A stretch of DNA of 64,000 bases from Vicinamibacterales bacterium (GCA_030827135.1 JAURFE010000001.1:26569-90568), one strand, 5' to 3'. Positions 27,249 to 36,911 are shown, counted from the stretch's first letter. Notes: generated by a model from the sequence alone, not told the origin. Numbers and translations: made by a program.

Positions 27249-29492
27249 ATGATCAAGTCAACCACGACCCGTTTCGGCGTCAGCTTCGCCCTCGTGTTGG
27301 CCTTCGGTGGCCCACTCGCCCTGTCGTCGTTCGCGCAGCAGGCGCCGGCCGCGCCGTCGGCGGCCTCGTTCGTGCCGAAAGACCTCAAGCCGCTGCTTCT
27401 GGGCCGACAGAGCGAGATGCGGATTCCGGTGCAGTGGTACACAGCGGATCGGCAGACGCTGTCGCAGAACTTCCTGCCCGCAACGGCGGGCGGCGGACGC
27501 GGAGGCGGGCGCGCCGGCGGGCGCGGCACGGCCCCCTCACTGAGCCGCAATCGCATCGCGCGCCTCAAGCGGCTCGACATGGACTGGCAGCTCGCCCTCA
27601 GCCGGCTCGACACCGCGCGTCGGTCACCGGCGGCGCAGGCCGACCTCACGCAGCTGAAGGCGACGATTGCGGCCAACCTCGCCGAGCTCGACGACGATGG
27701 ACGCGCGCTGGCGGCGATGACGCCACTCGTGCCGTTCGCGGCGGACCTGGTGGAACTGTATGAAGCCCGCGTGCGGGTGGATCCCATCGACCCACGGTCG
27801 GCCGCCGGGCGCATCACCGCCGCTCACAAGTCGATCGCCGCCATCCGCGCACGGGTGGAGGCTGGCCTGACCTCGGGCGGACCGGCCAACGCGATCCGCA
27901 TCGCGCCGGAACTGGCGGGCCGGACGGCAGCGGCCGTCGATGCCCTGCGCTCGTCAATGGCCGAGTGGTTCAACTTCTACAACGGTTACGACCCGCTGTT
28001 CACCTGGTGGATGCACCTGCCCTACGGCCACCTCACGCGCGAACTGGAGGCCTACGCAGGTCTGTTGCGCGACCGCGTCGTGCCGGCCGGCCAGACCAAT
28101 GCGGGCCACGGTCCGGTTGACGCCGCCGTCGCACCGGTGGCCCCGCCACTCCGTCCCTCGGTGCCCGACCTCGAATACCTGATGGCGCTGCCGCAGGACG
28201 AGACGATTGAGATCGTCAACGCGTTCCGGTCACCCGGCGGCGCGCCCGCCGGGATGGGCGGACGTGGCGGACGCGGTGGCGGCGGACCGGTCAAGGACGA
28301 GGCGTTCTACCGCGCCTGGCTCGAGGCGCTCAAGACGCTCGACTTCGACGCGCTGAGCCGCAACGCGCAGGTGAACTACCTGGCCATCAAGCGCATCAGC
28401 GAGCAGCAGATTGCCCGCGCGAACTTCGTCCCGCCGGCCGACATTCCACGCAAGACCGATGACAGCGGCATCGAGGGTCCGGCGCGCGGCCGCGACGGGC
28501 TCATCCTCGACCTGGCCGACGAGATGATTCCGTACACGCCGGAGCAGCTCATCGAGCTGGGCAACCGCGAGTTCGCCTGGACGGTGGCCGAAATGGAGAA
28601 GGCCTCGGCCGAACTGGGATTCGGATCGAACTGGATGCAGGCGCTGGAGGCCACCAAGAACACGGCGGTGCCGCCGGGCGGCCAGCCGGTCATGATCCAA
28701 GGGCTGGTGCACGACGCCGCCGACTTCCTGATCTACAACGACCTCATCACGGTGACGCCGGTCAACCGCGAAAGCCTGCGCATGGGCATGATGTCGCCCG
28801 AGCGCCAGCTGGTGAACCCCTTCTTCACGGGCGGCGCGATCATCTCGGTCTCCTACCCCACCGACACGATGGAATACGACCAGCGCATCCAGAGCATGCG
28901 CGGTAACAACCCCGGGTTCTCGAATGCTACGGCCGGGCACGAGATGATTCCCGGCCACAACTACACGTCGTACATGGGCCAGCGGCTCAACAACCACCGC
29001 GCCAACCTCGGCATCTCGACGCCGTTCTACGGCGAGGGCTGGGCGCTCTATTGGGAAACGATGTTCTGGGACCTGGGCTTTCATGACACGCCGCACAAGA
29101 AGATCGGCGCCCTGTTCTGGCGCATGCACCGCGCGGCCCGCATCGTCTTTTCGCTAAAATTCCACATGGGCCAGTGGTCGCCGCAGGAGTGCGTCGACTT
29201 CCTCGTCAACGAGGTCGGTCACGAGCGGGAGAACGCCATCGCCGAGGTGCGGCGGTCGTTCCAGGGCAACTACGGTCCGCTCTACCAGGCGGCCTACCTG
29301 CTCGGCGGCCTCCAATTGCGCGGCCTCAAGCGTGAACTCGTGGATTCAGGCCAGATGACCCTGAAGGAGTTCCACGACGCGGTGGTGCTGCAGGGCTCGA
29401 TGCCGTTCCCGCTGACGCGCATGGCGATCTCGTCGATGCCGCTCACGCGCGACACGAACCTCGACTGGCCGTTCTACGGGGAGATTCGGTAG
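27249..29492 (+). CDS. DUF885-family (metallopeptidase-like) protein, secreted
   Basis: 747-aa ORF with a signal peptide. The family HExxPGH motif is present as GHEMIPGHNY. Gly/Arg low-complexity segments. Confidence 0.85.
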   Translation: MIKSTTTRFGVSFALVLAFGGPLALSSFAQQAPAAPSAASFVPKDLKPLLLGRQSEMRIPVQWYTADRQTLSQNFLPATAGGGRGGGRAGGRGTAPSLSRNRIARLKRLDMDWQLALSRLDTARRSPAAQADLTQLKATIAANLAELDDDGRALAAMTPLVPFAADLVELYEARVRVDPIDPRSAAGRITAAHKSIAAIRARVEAGLTSGGPANAIRIAPELAGRTAAAVDALRSSMAEWFNFYNGYDPLFTWWMHLPYGHLTRELEAYAGLLRDRVVPAGQTNAGHGPVDAAVAPVAPPLRPSVPDLEYLMALPQDETIEIVNAFRSPGGAPAGMGGRGGRGGGGPVKDEAFYRAWLEALKTLDFDALSRNAQVNYLAIKRISEQQIARANFVPPADIPRKTDDSGIEGPARGRDGLILDLADEMIPYTPEQLIELGNREFAWTVAEMEKASAELGFGSNWMQALEATKNTAVPPGGQPVMIQGLVHDAADFLIYNDLITVTPVNRESLRMGMMSPERQLVNPFFTGGAIISVSYPTDTMEYDQRIQSMRGNNPGFSNATAGHEMIPGHNYTSYMGQRLNNHRANLGISTPFYGEGWALYWETMFWDLGFHDTPHKKIGALFWRMHRAARIVFSLKFHMGQWSPQECVDFLVNEVGHERENAIAEVRRSFQGNYGPLYQAAYLLGGLQLRGLKRELVDSGQMTLKEFHDAVVLQGSMPFPLTRMAISSMPLTRDTNLDWPFYGEIR

Positions 29493-29659
29493 GCGCTCAT
29501 TCAGCTTCGTGAGGAGCGCGATCGAGCCCGGGATGCTCGTCTGCGCCGCGCGGTCCACACGCGCCCAGGATCGTTGAATGGCGCGCCGCGCCTCGTGCCC
29601 TGACGTCGCGCCTCCGACGCTGGCCGGCCTCTACAAAAATCGCCGAAACCGAAAAAGAC

Positions 29660-29689
29660 TTGACACGACCAGGACCGAAAGCGTATATC
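29660..29689 (+). promoter_or_regulatory. sigma-70-like promoter (TTGACA-N18-TATATC)
   Basis: Read directly from the sequence. Followed by AAGGTGGAGGGG (RBS) and the ATG at 29721. Confidence 0.45.
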
Positions 29690-29720
29690 ATCCAGCCTCG
29701 TCTCACAAGGTGGAGGGGCC

Positions 29721-30257
29721 ATGAAGAGTCGGCGGGTTATCTCGTCAGTCTTTCTTGTCGCCGTTGTCGCCCTTGTAATCGGGGCTTCCGGCTGTCGTGG
29801 AGACTCCTCTGCGACCGCGTCCCCTGTTGCTGATGCCGTGGCACGCATCTATGACGAGTTTCTCGAATCTCGCAAACTCGCGGCGAGCCTGACGTCATCC
29901 CTGCCCGGCCTTGATGCTGTCGCACGTGAGCGCAAGATCGTCGAGGACCGCAAGACCCTCCGCAACCTTGAAGCCGGTGTCGAGTCCAAACGCGCGCTGC
30001 TGGCCGACTCGAAACGCGATCTTCCCCCAGACGGCCCAAACGAGTCGCTGTATTTCCAGGTCTGGAGCGGCCATCTCGGCGATGGAGACAAACCGGCGTT
30101 CCGACGCCTCGCTGGAGGCGGCATGGAGTACGCGGGCAAGCAGTTCACGAAGGAAGTCGCCCTCCAATGCGCCGTCCCCGCCCGCATGAAGCGAGATACC
30201 TACAGGCCGTTCCTCGACTGCCTGGCCACCCTGCAGTCGTCAGGCGCCCAGCGCTAA
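29721..30257 (+). CDS. hypothetical lipoprotein
   Basis: 178-aa ORF with a lipobox (LVIGASGC), a strong RBS and a promoter. No family recognised. Confidence 0.6.
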   Translation: MKSRRVISSVFLVAVVALVIGASGCRGDSSATASPVADAVARIYDEFLESRKLAASLTSSLPGLDAVARERKIVEDRKTLRNLEAGVESKRALLADSKRDLPPDGPNESLYFQVWSGHLGDGDKPAFRRLAGGGMEYAGKQFTKEVALQCAVPARMKRDTYRPFLDCLATLQSSGAQR

Positions 30258-30319
30258 AACCGGCCTCCCCCTGCAGGTCTGAAGAGCTGCGGGCCGGCGA
30301 CTGGCGCATTGTGCGCGCA

Positions 30320-30516
30320 TTACTTCGAGTACAACTCGACGATGAGCTGTTCCTGCACGGGCAGGTTGATCTGCTCACGGTTCGGGATCGATGAGCTTCT
30401 TTCCACGGCGTCTTGCGGCTCTGCGTGCGCCAGTACGAGCCGCCGACCGTCAGCGAGGTAGTCGCGATGCGGCGCCCTTCGTGGAACCGACGTCCCCCCC
30501 ACAAATGAGTACGTAG
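30320..30516 (-). pseudogene. rpsD: ribosomal protein S4 (rpsD) C-terminal remnant, frameshifted and internally deleted
   Basis: Ends ...IPNREQINLPVQEQLIVELYSK*, against E. coli S4 which ends ...INEHLIVELYSK. The upstream S4-domain traces (GRRI.., DYLADGRRLVL) are split over two frames. About 28 aa are missing between the two parts, and the N-terminal two-thirds are absent. Confidence 0.6.
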
Positions 30517-30570
30517 GCTCCCCCGTCGAGTAGACAGTCGATAAGGAGACGGTCCCGGTGATGACGGCCT

Positions 30571-30750
30571 CGGCAGAAACGTGAGGGGTGGCACCGCGCC
30601 GAGGCTGTCGTGGGGCCGCTCATGGTTGTACGTCAGGAGCCAGCGCTCGCTGACGGCACGGACCTCTTCGAGGGATTCGAAGAGGTCGGCATCGAGGACC
30701 TGGCCGACGACCTCTAAATCCGCGGACGTGTCATCGCCTGCCATAGCCAT
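30571..30750 (-). mobile_element. C-terminal remnant of an rve (IS3-like) integrase/transposase
   Basis: LFESLEEVRAVSERWLLTYNHERPHDSLGAVPPLTF is the typical C-terminus of DDE integrase-core transposases. No catalytic core lies upstream. Confidence 0.6.
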
Positions 30751-30912
30751 GCAACCGCTTCGTCATGGGACTGGAAGCGGTAGACACCGCGTGTGACGCG
30801 GAGTCCGCCAAACACGCGGCGCCACGCCTCGGCATCCGCCTTATCGCCGGGACGGACCACCAAAGGATCGGCCACCTCTGTCCGTCGACCGACACGACGC
30901 CCCAGCGGGTCC

Positions 30913-32382
30913 CTACCCCATCTTCTGCATCGCGGCGAGGAACTCGGCGTTCGACTTGGTCTTGTTGAGCTTGTCGATGAGCAGTTCCATCGCTTCGACC
31001 GGCGACAGCGGGTTGAGCACCTTGCGCAGCACCCAGATGCGATTGAGATCATCCTTGGTGTGCAGCAGCTCTTCCTTGCGGGTGCCGCTCTTGATGATGT
31101 CGATCGCCGGAAACACACGCTTGTCCACCAGCTTGCGGTCGAGGTGGATTTCCATGTTGCCCGTGCCCTTGAACTCTTCAAAGATCACATCGTCCATGCG
31201 CGAGCCGGTGTCGACCAGGGCCGTGGCCATGATCGTGATCGATCCGCCCTCTTCGATGTTGCGAGCCGCACCAAAGAAACGCTTCGGCTTCTGCAGCGCG
31301 TTGGAGTCGAGACCACCCGAGAGCACCTTGCCCGACGGCGGTGCGACGGTGTTGTAGGCGCGCGCGAGGCGCGTGATCGAGTCGAGCAGAATGACCACGT
31401 CCTTCTTGTGCTCGACCAGACGCTTCGCCTTTTCGATGACCATCTCGGCCACCTGCACGTGCCGCTGCGCGGGTTCGTCGAACGTGGAGGAGATGACTTC
31501 CCCACGCACCGAGCGCTGCATGTCGGTGACTTCTTCCGGCCGCTCGTCGATGAGCAGCACGATCAGATACACCTCAGGGTGATTGGTCGTGATCGACTGC
31601 GCAATGTTCTGCAGCAGCATCGTCTTACCGGTGCGCGGCGGCGCGACGATGAGACCGCGCTGGCCCTTGCCGATGGGCGTCATCAGGTCCATGACGCGGG
31701 CGGAGACGTTGTCACCACCGGTCTCGAGCTTCAGACGCTCCTGCGGATAGAGCGGCGTGAGATTTTCGAAGAACAGTTTGTTGCGCGCGAGGTCGGGCGC
31801 TTCGAAGTTGACGGCCTCCACCTTGATGAGCGCGAAGTAGCGTTCGCCATCCTTGGGCGGGCGCACCTGGCCAGAGACGGTGTCACCGGTCTGCAGGTCG
31901 AACTTGCGAATCTGCGAGGGCGACACGTAGATGTCGTCCGGGCCGGGCAGGTAGTTATAGTCGGGGGCGCGAAGGAAGCCGAATCCGTCCGGAAGCACTT
32001 CAAGCACACCTTCCGAGAACAGGAACCCGCTCTGTTCGGTCTGGGCCTTCAAAATCTGAAAGATCAGGTCCTGCTTCCGCATGCCGGTGGCGCCGGCCAC
32101 GTTGAGATCCTTGGCGACCTGGGTGAGCTTTTGAATGCTCATGTCCTTCAGGTCGTTGATGTTCAGGAGGGGGGCGCGCTGGGGGGCCGGGGCGTCGGGG
32201 TTGGCTGCGGCTTCAGCTTCGAGTTTGGCCTGTTCCGCCGCGTATTCAAGGGCCGGATCGGCCACCGGAAGGTCATGCTGCTGACGACGTCCGCCGCCTC
32301 CGCCGCCGCGCTTGTGGTGATGTGCTGCCATGGAAAGTCTTCGTACCTGAGAAAGAGTTATGAGGTTGGACTGGGGGAACAA
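30913..32382 (-). CDS. rho: transcription termination factor Rho
   Basis: Rho N-terminal and cold-shock-like domains plus a RecA-type ATPase (Walker A APPRTGKT). The more likely start is [10 protein letters not shown] at 32331, giving a short basic/Ala-rich N-terminal extension. Confidence 0.95.
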   Translation of the reverse strand: MFPQSNLITLSQVRRLSMAAHHHKRGGGGGGRRQQHDLPVADPALEYAAEQAKLEAEAAANPDAPAPQRAPLLNINDLKDMSIQKLTQVAKDLNVAGATGMRKQDLIFQILKAQTEQSGFLFSEGVLEVLPDGFGFLRAPDYNYLPGPDDIYVSPSQIRKFDLQTGDTVSGQVRPPKDGERYFALIKVEAVNFEAPDLARNKLFFENLTPLYPQERLKLETGGDNVSARVMDLMTPIGKGQRGLIVAPPRTGKTMLLQNIAQSITTNHPEVYLIVLLIDERPEEVTDMQRSVRGEVISSTFDEPAQRHVQVAEMVIEKAKRLVEHKKDVVILLDSITRLARAYNTVAPPSGKVLSGGLDSNALQKPKRFFGAARNIEEGGSITIMATALVDTGSRMDDVIFEEFKGTGNMEIHLDRKLVDKRVFPAIDIIKSGTRKEELLHTKDDLNRIWVLRKVLNPLSPVEAMELLIDKLNKTKSNAEFLAAMQKMG

Positions 32383-32457
32383 ACCGGGGAAGTACGCGGT
32401 AAGTCTAACACAGCCCCGGGTTCATGGCGGGGGTCCGGGGTTCCCGGTGCGGGGTGA

Positions 32458-32826
32458 CTAGTAGCGCACGGGAGAATCGCCGATCCCGAGGATGGAACAA
32501 GCCACGCGGGGCTTGAGGCCGAGGGTCTGGGCTTTGGTGACCACCTGGGGCTCGTCCGCGCCGGGGTTGAGCCACACGATGGGAATGCCCTTCTGGGCGA
32601 TGTCCTCGACCACACTCATCCCGATTTCGGCCGGCACATACAGGCTGACCTCATCGATGGGTCCCGGATAGTCCAGGACGCTGGCATACGCGGTCTCCCC
32701 TTCAATCTCCTCTGCGGACGGATGGATGGGGACCACGGTGTAGCCCTGGGCGCGGAAGGCGCGGACGGCTTTATTTCCAAATTTGCGGCGATCACTCGAT
32801 GCGCCGACGATGGCGACTACAGGCAT
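32458..32826 (-). CDS. CoA-binding domain protein
   Basis: 122-aa ORF (VAIVGASSDRRKFGNKAVRAFRAQGYTVVPIHP). Confidence 0.85.
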   Translation of the reverse strand: MPVVAIVGASSDRRKFGNKAVRAFRAQGYTVVPIHPSAEEIEGETAYASVLDYPGPIDEVSLYVPAEIGMSVVEDIAQKGIPIVWLNPGADEPQVVTKAQTLGLKPRVACSILGIGDSPVRY

Positions 32827-32965
32827 CCTGCCATCTTATCGGAGTCTCAAGTGGTCCCGGGGGGGCCTGCCGTGAACGCTACTCGGTCCGGAGCACGACG
32901 GCCGGGTTGAGGCGGCTGGCGCGCTCCGGCCTTCATCCCTGACCTTCGAAACTTCGGAACCTCGG

Positions 32966-33382
32966 CTACTTCGGCGCAATGAGTGGAATGACCTTGCGGC
33001 CGAGGCGTCGATAGCGGCGGAAGTCCCGGTCGAGGGTGAGCAGTTTGGCTCTGGGGCGAATCTCCGTCAGACGCACCAGGCAGGCGTCGGCGAGTGACAT
33101 CGGTTGGTCGGCATACCGCGCGAGCAACCCGCGCACGGCGCCGACCTCATCGGCGAGTTCGAACCGCACCGTCACCACGCCTTCCTCGATCAGCGCGAGG
33201 AGCGCGTCGTGGCCCCCGGGCACGGTGCGCAGCAGAAACGCGGCTTCAGCGATCACCGCCTCGCACGTTTCAAACGGCGGCTCGACCTCCCGCCATCGCG
33301 CCACGGCCCAGGTGTGCCAGGTATCGCGCTTTGCCAGCGCTGCGACGAGCGGCCCGGTATCGATGACGACGTCGCGTTCCAT
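32966..33382 (-). CDS. vapC: PIN-domain toxin (VapC-like)
   Basis: 138-aa ORF with PIN acidic residues (VVIDTGPLVA...; LADACLV; TLDRDF). Paired with an upstream small antitoxin ORF. Confidence 0.85.
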   Translation of the reverse strand: MERDVVIDTGPLVAALAKRDTWHTWAVARWREVEPPFETCEAVIAEAAFLLRTVPGGHDALLALIEEGVVTVRFELADEVGAVRGLLARYADQPMSLADACLVRLTEIRPRAKLLTLDRDFRRYRRLGRKVIPLIAPK

Positions 33383-33397
33383 CGCGTGTCGGCCCGG

Positions 33398-33649
33398 CTA
33401 CTTCCCGAAACCCTCAAGGTGCTTCGGATGGGTCGACAAGTCAGCCGGCGTGCCGGCGAGACTGCCAATCAAGTGCGCGGCCGCATCCGCCGCCGACCGC
33501 ACAGACGACGCCCGCGCCGGTGCCGCCAGATACGCATCCAGTGCCTCGCGCATGACGAAACTATCCGACACACCCTTCGCCCGGGCCGCCGACCGCAACG
33601 CCTCCTGTTGCGCCTTGGTCAACTTGACTGATCGAATCTTCATGGTCAT
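33398..33649 (-). CDS. ribbon-helix-helix antitoxin (VapB/CopG-like)
   Basis: 83-aa ORF lying 15 nt upstream of the PIN gene (IRSVKLTKAQQEALRSAARAKGVSDSFVMREALDAYL). Confidence 0.75.
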   Translation of the reverse strand: MTMKIRSVKLTKAQQEALRSAARAKGVSDSFVMREALDAYLAAPARASSVRSAADAAAHLIGSLAGTPADLSTHPKHLEGFGK

Positions 33650-33676
33650 ACCTTGTTGTCAGGATGGTAACACGCG

Positions 33677-34291
33677 TCATCGCCGCCGGGCCGCGGTAAT
33701 CGTGACCGGGGGCTCCAGCGTCTGCGTTCCCGGACGCACCGGGGCGGCCTGAATCTTCTTCACCACGTCCATACCCGAAACGACGCGGCCGAATACCGCA
33801 AAACCCTGGCCATCGTCATTCCGCGCGCCACCGAAGTCGAGCGCGGGCTGCGGACCGATGGCAATGAAAAAGTCGCTGGACGCGGAATCAGGACGTCCAG
33901 CCACGCGCGCCATGGAGACGGCCCCGTCCACGTGGGTCAGCCCGGTATCGCGCGTGCGTTCGAGCGTCACCGCCGGCCACGTCGGCCCTTCGCCGCGAGC
34001 AGTTCGCCGCCGCGATGCCTGGATCACCTGAATCGGATGTGCCCTGTTCGTCTCGGTGTCGGGCCGCACCGTGCGATGGAACCGGCCCTCGTTGTACCAC
34101 CCGCCATCGACGTACTGCAGGAAGTTTGCGCTCGTCACCGGGGCTTTCGCGACGTTGACCTCAATGGCGATTTCGCCCGCCGGAGTGACAAACACAACCA
34201 GTGGGAGAGGTTGGGAATGATTGGCTAAGGTTGGGTTCGGTTGCGACGTGGCCAGCGTAATCGCAAGAATGCCGATACGACACCACGCCAT
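33677..34291 (-). CDS. cyclophilin-type peptidyl-prolyl isomerase, secreted
   Basis: Start taken at MAWCRIGILAITLA. Cyclophilin core (FHRTV..., GAVSMAR..., SSDFFIAIG, FAVFGRVVSGMDVVKKI). Confidence 0.85.
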   Translation of the reverse strand: MAWCRIGILAITLATSQPNPTLANHSQPLPLVVFVTPAGEIAIEVNVAKAPVTSANFLQYVDGGWYNEGRFHRTVRPDTETNRAHPIQVIQASRRRTARGEGPTWPAVTLERTRDTGLTHVDGAVSMARVAGRPDSASSDFFIAIGPQPALDFGGARNDDGQGFAVFGRVVSGMDVVKKIQAAPVRPGTQTLEPPVTITAARRR

Positions 34292-34300
34292 CTCGCCTCC

Positions 34301-34320
34301 CACCCAACCTCACCCAACCT
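34301..34320. repeat. tandem 10-mer CACCCAACCT x2
   Basis: Read directly from the sequence. Lies between the PPIase start and the glcD-like stop. Related GGTTGG motifs recur at ~10-bp phase across 34206-34245. Confidence 0.5.
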
Positions 34321-35701
34321 AGAAGATCTTTCCAGGATTCAGGATTCCGTGTGGGTCGAAGGCGGCCTTCACACGTTTCATGAGGTCGATTTCGTCCTGC
34401 GACAGTTCGAGCGTCATGTATTTCTTCTTGGCGAAGCCGATACCGTGTTCGCCGCTGATGGAACCGTCCATGGCGACCACGCCGCGGAACAGCTCGCCTT
34501 CGGCTTCGTGCGCGCGGCGGATTTCGTCCTCGTCGCCGGGTGTCACCATGATGTTGACGTGAATGTTGCCGTCGCCGACGTGACCAAAACACGGAATACG
34601 CAGCCGATACCGCTCGCGCAGCACGTCCACGAGCTCAAACAACTCGGGGATGCGCGCCTTTGGGACAACGACGTCGTGATTAAACTTCAGCGGCGTGATG
34701 ACTTTCAGCGACGGCGAGATTTCGCGTCGCACACGCCACAGTTCCTGGCGCTCGGCGTTGTCGGTGGCGCGCAGAAACTCGGTCGCACCGGCCGCGACAC
34801 ACGCGGCTTCGATGCAATCGGCTTCCTCCCGCACCTGCGCCGACAGTCCGTCCACCTCAAGCAGCAGAATGGCCGCCGTGCCCGCAGGCGCCAGTGACCG
34901 CACCTGCAGATGGCTGGCGACGGCATCCAGTGAGTCCCCGTCAATCAACTCCAACGCCGCAGGAATGACTCGCGCGCGAATGAGTCTGGTCACTGCCTCC
35001 ACCGCACGACGCACACTCGGAAAACTCGCGCGCATGGTGATCTGCACGGGCGGCTTCGGGATCAACCGCAGAATCACCTTCGTGATGATCGCCAGCGTCC
35101 CTTCAGATCCAACGAGCAGATGCGTCAGGTCGTAACCGACGACGTTTTTGACGACTTTGCCGCCAGTCTCAATGACCTCGCCCGTTGGCAGGACAGCCTC
35201 GAGACCAAGCACGTACTGCTTGGTGACTCCGTACTTGAAGGCGCGGGGGCCTCCGGCACACTCGGCGACGTTGCCGCCGATGACAGACTGCCGCAGGCTC
35301 GCGGGGTCGGGCGGGTAAAACAATCCAACCGCCTCGACCGCATCCTGCAGGTCCCCGGTAATCACGTGCGGCTCAACGATGGCGAGCAGACTCTCCTCGT
35401 CGATCTCCAGGATCCGATTCATCCGCTCGAGGCTGATGACCACACCACCGTGTGACGGCACCGCGCCGCCCGTATAACCCGTGCCGGCCCCGCGCGGCAC
35501 CAGGGGCGTGCGGGTCTCGTGACACAGGCGCGCGACCGCCGACACCTCAGCGGTCGTTGCAGGCGTCACGACGACGTCAGCCGGATGTCCCTGTTTGAGC
35601 GCATCCACGCCATACGCCACGCGCGTCGCCTCGTCCACACGCACGTGCCCGGCGCCGACGATGGCGACCAGGCGCGAAACGATGTCGGGGGCGACGGCCA
35701 C
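34319..35701 (-). CDS. FAD-linked oxidase (glycolate oxidase GlcD-like)
   Basis: 460-aa ORF. FAD_binding_4 region (PLVPRGAGTGYTGGAVP) and a C-terminal oxidase domain (SISGEHGIG). Confidence 0.85.
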   Translation of the reverse strand: MAVAPDIVSRLVAIVGAGHVRVDEATRVAYGVDALKQGHPADVVVTPATTAEVSAVARLCHETRTPLVPRGAGTGYTGGAVPSHGGVVISLERMNRILEIDEESLLAIVEPHVITGDLQDAVEAVGLFYPPDPASLRQSVIGGNVAECAGGPRAFKYGVTKQYVLGLEAVLPTGEVIETGGKVVKNVVGYDLTHLLVGSEGTLAIITKVILRLIPKPPVQITMRASFPSVRRAVEAVTRLIRARVIPAALELIDGDSLDAVASHLQVRSLAPAGTAAILLLEVDGLSAQVREEADCIEAACVAAGATEFLRATDNAERQELWRVRREISPSLKVITPLKFNHDVVVPKARIPELFELVDVLRERYRLRIPCFGHVGDGNIHVNIMVTPGDEDEIRRAHEAEGELFRGVVAMDGSISGEHGIGFAKKKYMTLELSQDEIDLMKRVKAAFDPHGILNPGKIF

Positions 35702-35705
35702 GGCT

Positions 35706-36902
35706 TTACTTCGGCGCGTGTTTGCGCGCGAACCGGATCAGCCGCGTCACACCTTCGCGCAACCGTTCCAGTGATGTGGCGTACGACAGCCGCATGAACC
35801 CGGGCGCATCAAAGGCCTCACCGGGAGTGGTGACAACAAACTCCTCGGCCAGCAGCGCGTCGCAGAACTCCAGCGACGTGCGGAAGCCGTCGGGCGACAA
35901 GAAGTCCGTGATGTCGGGAAACACGTAGAACGCGCCCTGCGGCACGACGGCGCGGAGCCGGGGTTCTTCCTTCAGCCACTCAAGCACCTGGTCGCGACGC
36001 TGCTGGTATTCGTGCAGCATGTCGGTGACGCACTGCTGCGGCCCCGTTAATGCGGCCAACGCAGCATGCTGGGTGATGGAACTCGCGTTGGACGTCGAGT
36101 GGCTCTGCAGCGCGTTCGCCGCCTGGGCAAACGGCTTTGGTCCGACGGCCCACCCGAGACGCCACCCGGTCATCGCATACGCCTTTGAGGTGGAGCCGGC
36201 CAGCACGAGTCGATCACGCATCGTCTCGGCAAAAATCCCGGGCAGGTTGTGCGGAACGTTGTTGTAGATCAGACGCTCGTAGCAGAGGTCGATCACGATC
36301 CACCAGCCATTGGCCGCCGCTTCTCTGGCGAGGATGCGTGCGTCCGCTTCGCTCAGCAACGCGCCCGTTGGATTCCCGGGGCTGTTGATGACAATGCCCC
36401 GTGTGCGCGCGGTCGCTGCACCGAGGAGCCCCTGCGCGGTCGGCACAAAACCGGTCTCCGCGTGCGTCGTCACGACCACGGGCGCGGCGCCGGCGAGTTT
36501 GATCTGCTCGACGATCGTCGGCCAGCCGGGCACGTGCGTGATGACTTCATCACCGGGACCAAACAGGCCGAGCGCCGCGTGAAACAGCGCCTGCTTGCCG
36601 CCCGCACAAATCACGACTTCGTCGGGCGCGTAGGTAACCCCGTAATCAGCCTGATACCGCGCAGCCACGGCCTGGCGGAGTTCGGGGATGCCGACGTTCG
36701 ACGTGTACTTCGTGCGCCCGGCGTCAATCGCGGCATGCGCGGCGGCGCAGACATGGGCCGGCGTCGGAAAGTCAGGCTCCCCCGCCCCGAGATCCACGAC
36801 GTCGACGCCGTCGCGGCGCAAGTTCTCCGCCGCGGCCGTTCCCTTCATCGTCGGCGACGCCCCGATGTGCCCCATCCGTTCTGCCAACCGGCTGGAATCC
36901 AT
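35706..36902 (-). CDS. class I/II pyridoxal-phosphate aminotransferase (aspartate aminotransferase-like)
   Basis: 398-aa ORF with the PLP lysine motif (STSKAYAMTGWRLGW). Confidence 0.9.
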   Translation of the reverse strand: MDSSRLAERMGHIGASPTMKGTAAAENLRRDGVDVVDLGAGEPDFPTPAHVCAAAHAAIDAGRTKYTSNVGIPELRQAVAARYQADYGVTYAPDEVVICAGGKQALFHAALGLFGPGDEVITHVPGWPTIVEQIKLAGAAPVVVTTHAETGFVPTAQGLLGAATARTRGIVINSPGNPTGALLSEADARILAREAAANGWWIVIDLCYERLIYNNVPHNLPGIFAETMRDRLVLAGSTSKAYAMTGWRLGWAVGPKPFAQAANALQSHSTSNASSITQHAALAALTGPQQCVTDMLHEYQQRRDQVLEWLKEEPRLRAVVPQGAFYVFPDITDFLSPDGFRTSLEFCDALLAEEFVVTTPGEAFDAPGFMRLSYATSLERLREGVTRLIRFARKHAPK

Positions 36903-36911
36903 GCGTGTCCG

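Noticed and set aside
29493-29535. GCGCTC...GAGCGC hairpin after the DUF885 gene as an intrinsic terminator
   Set aside because: The stem is only 6 bp, the loop is 15 nt and there is no T-tract. This is too weak to call.
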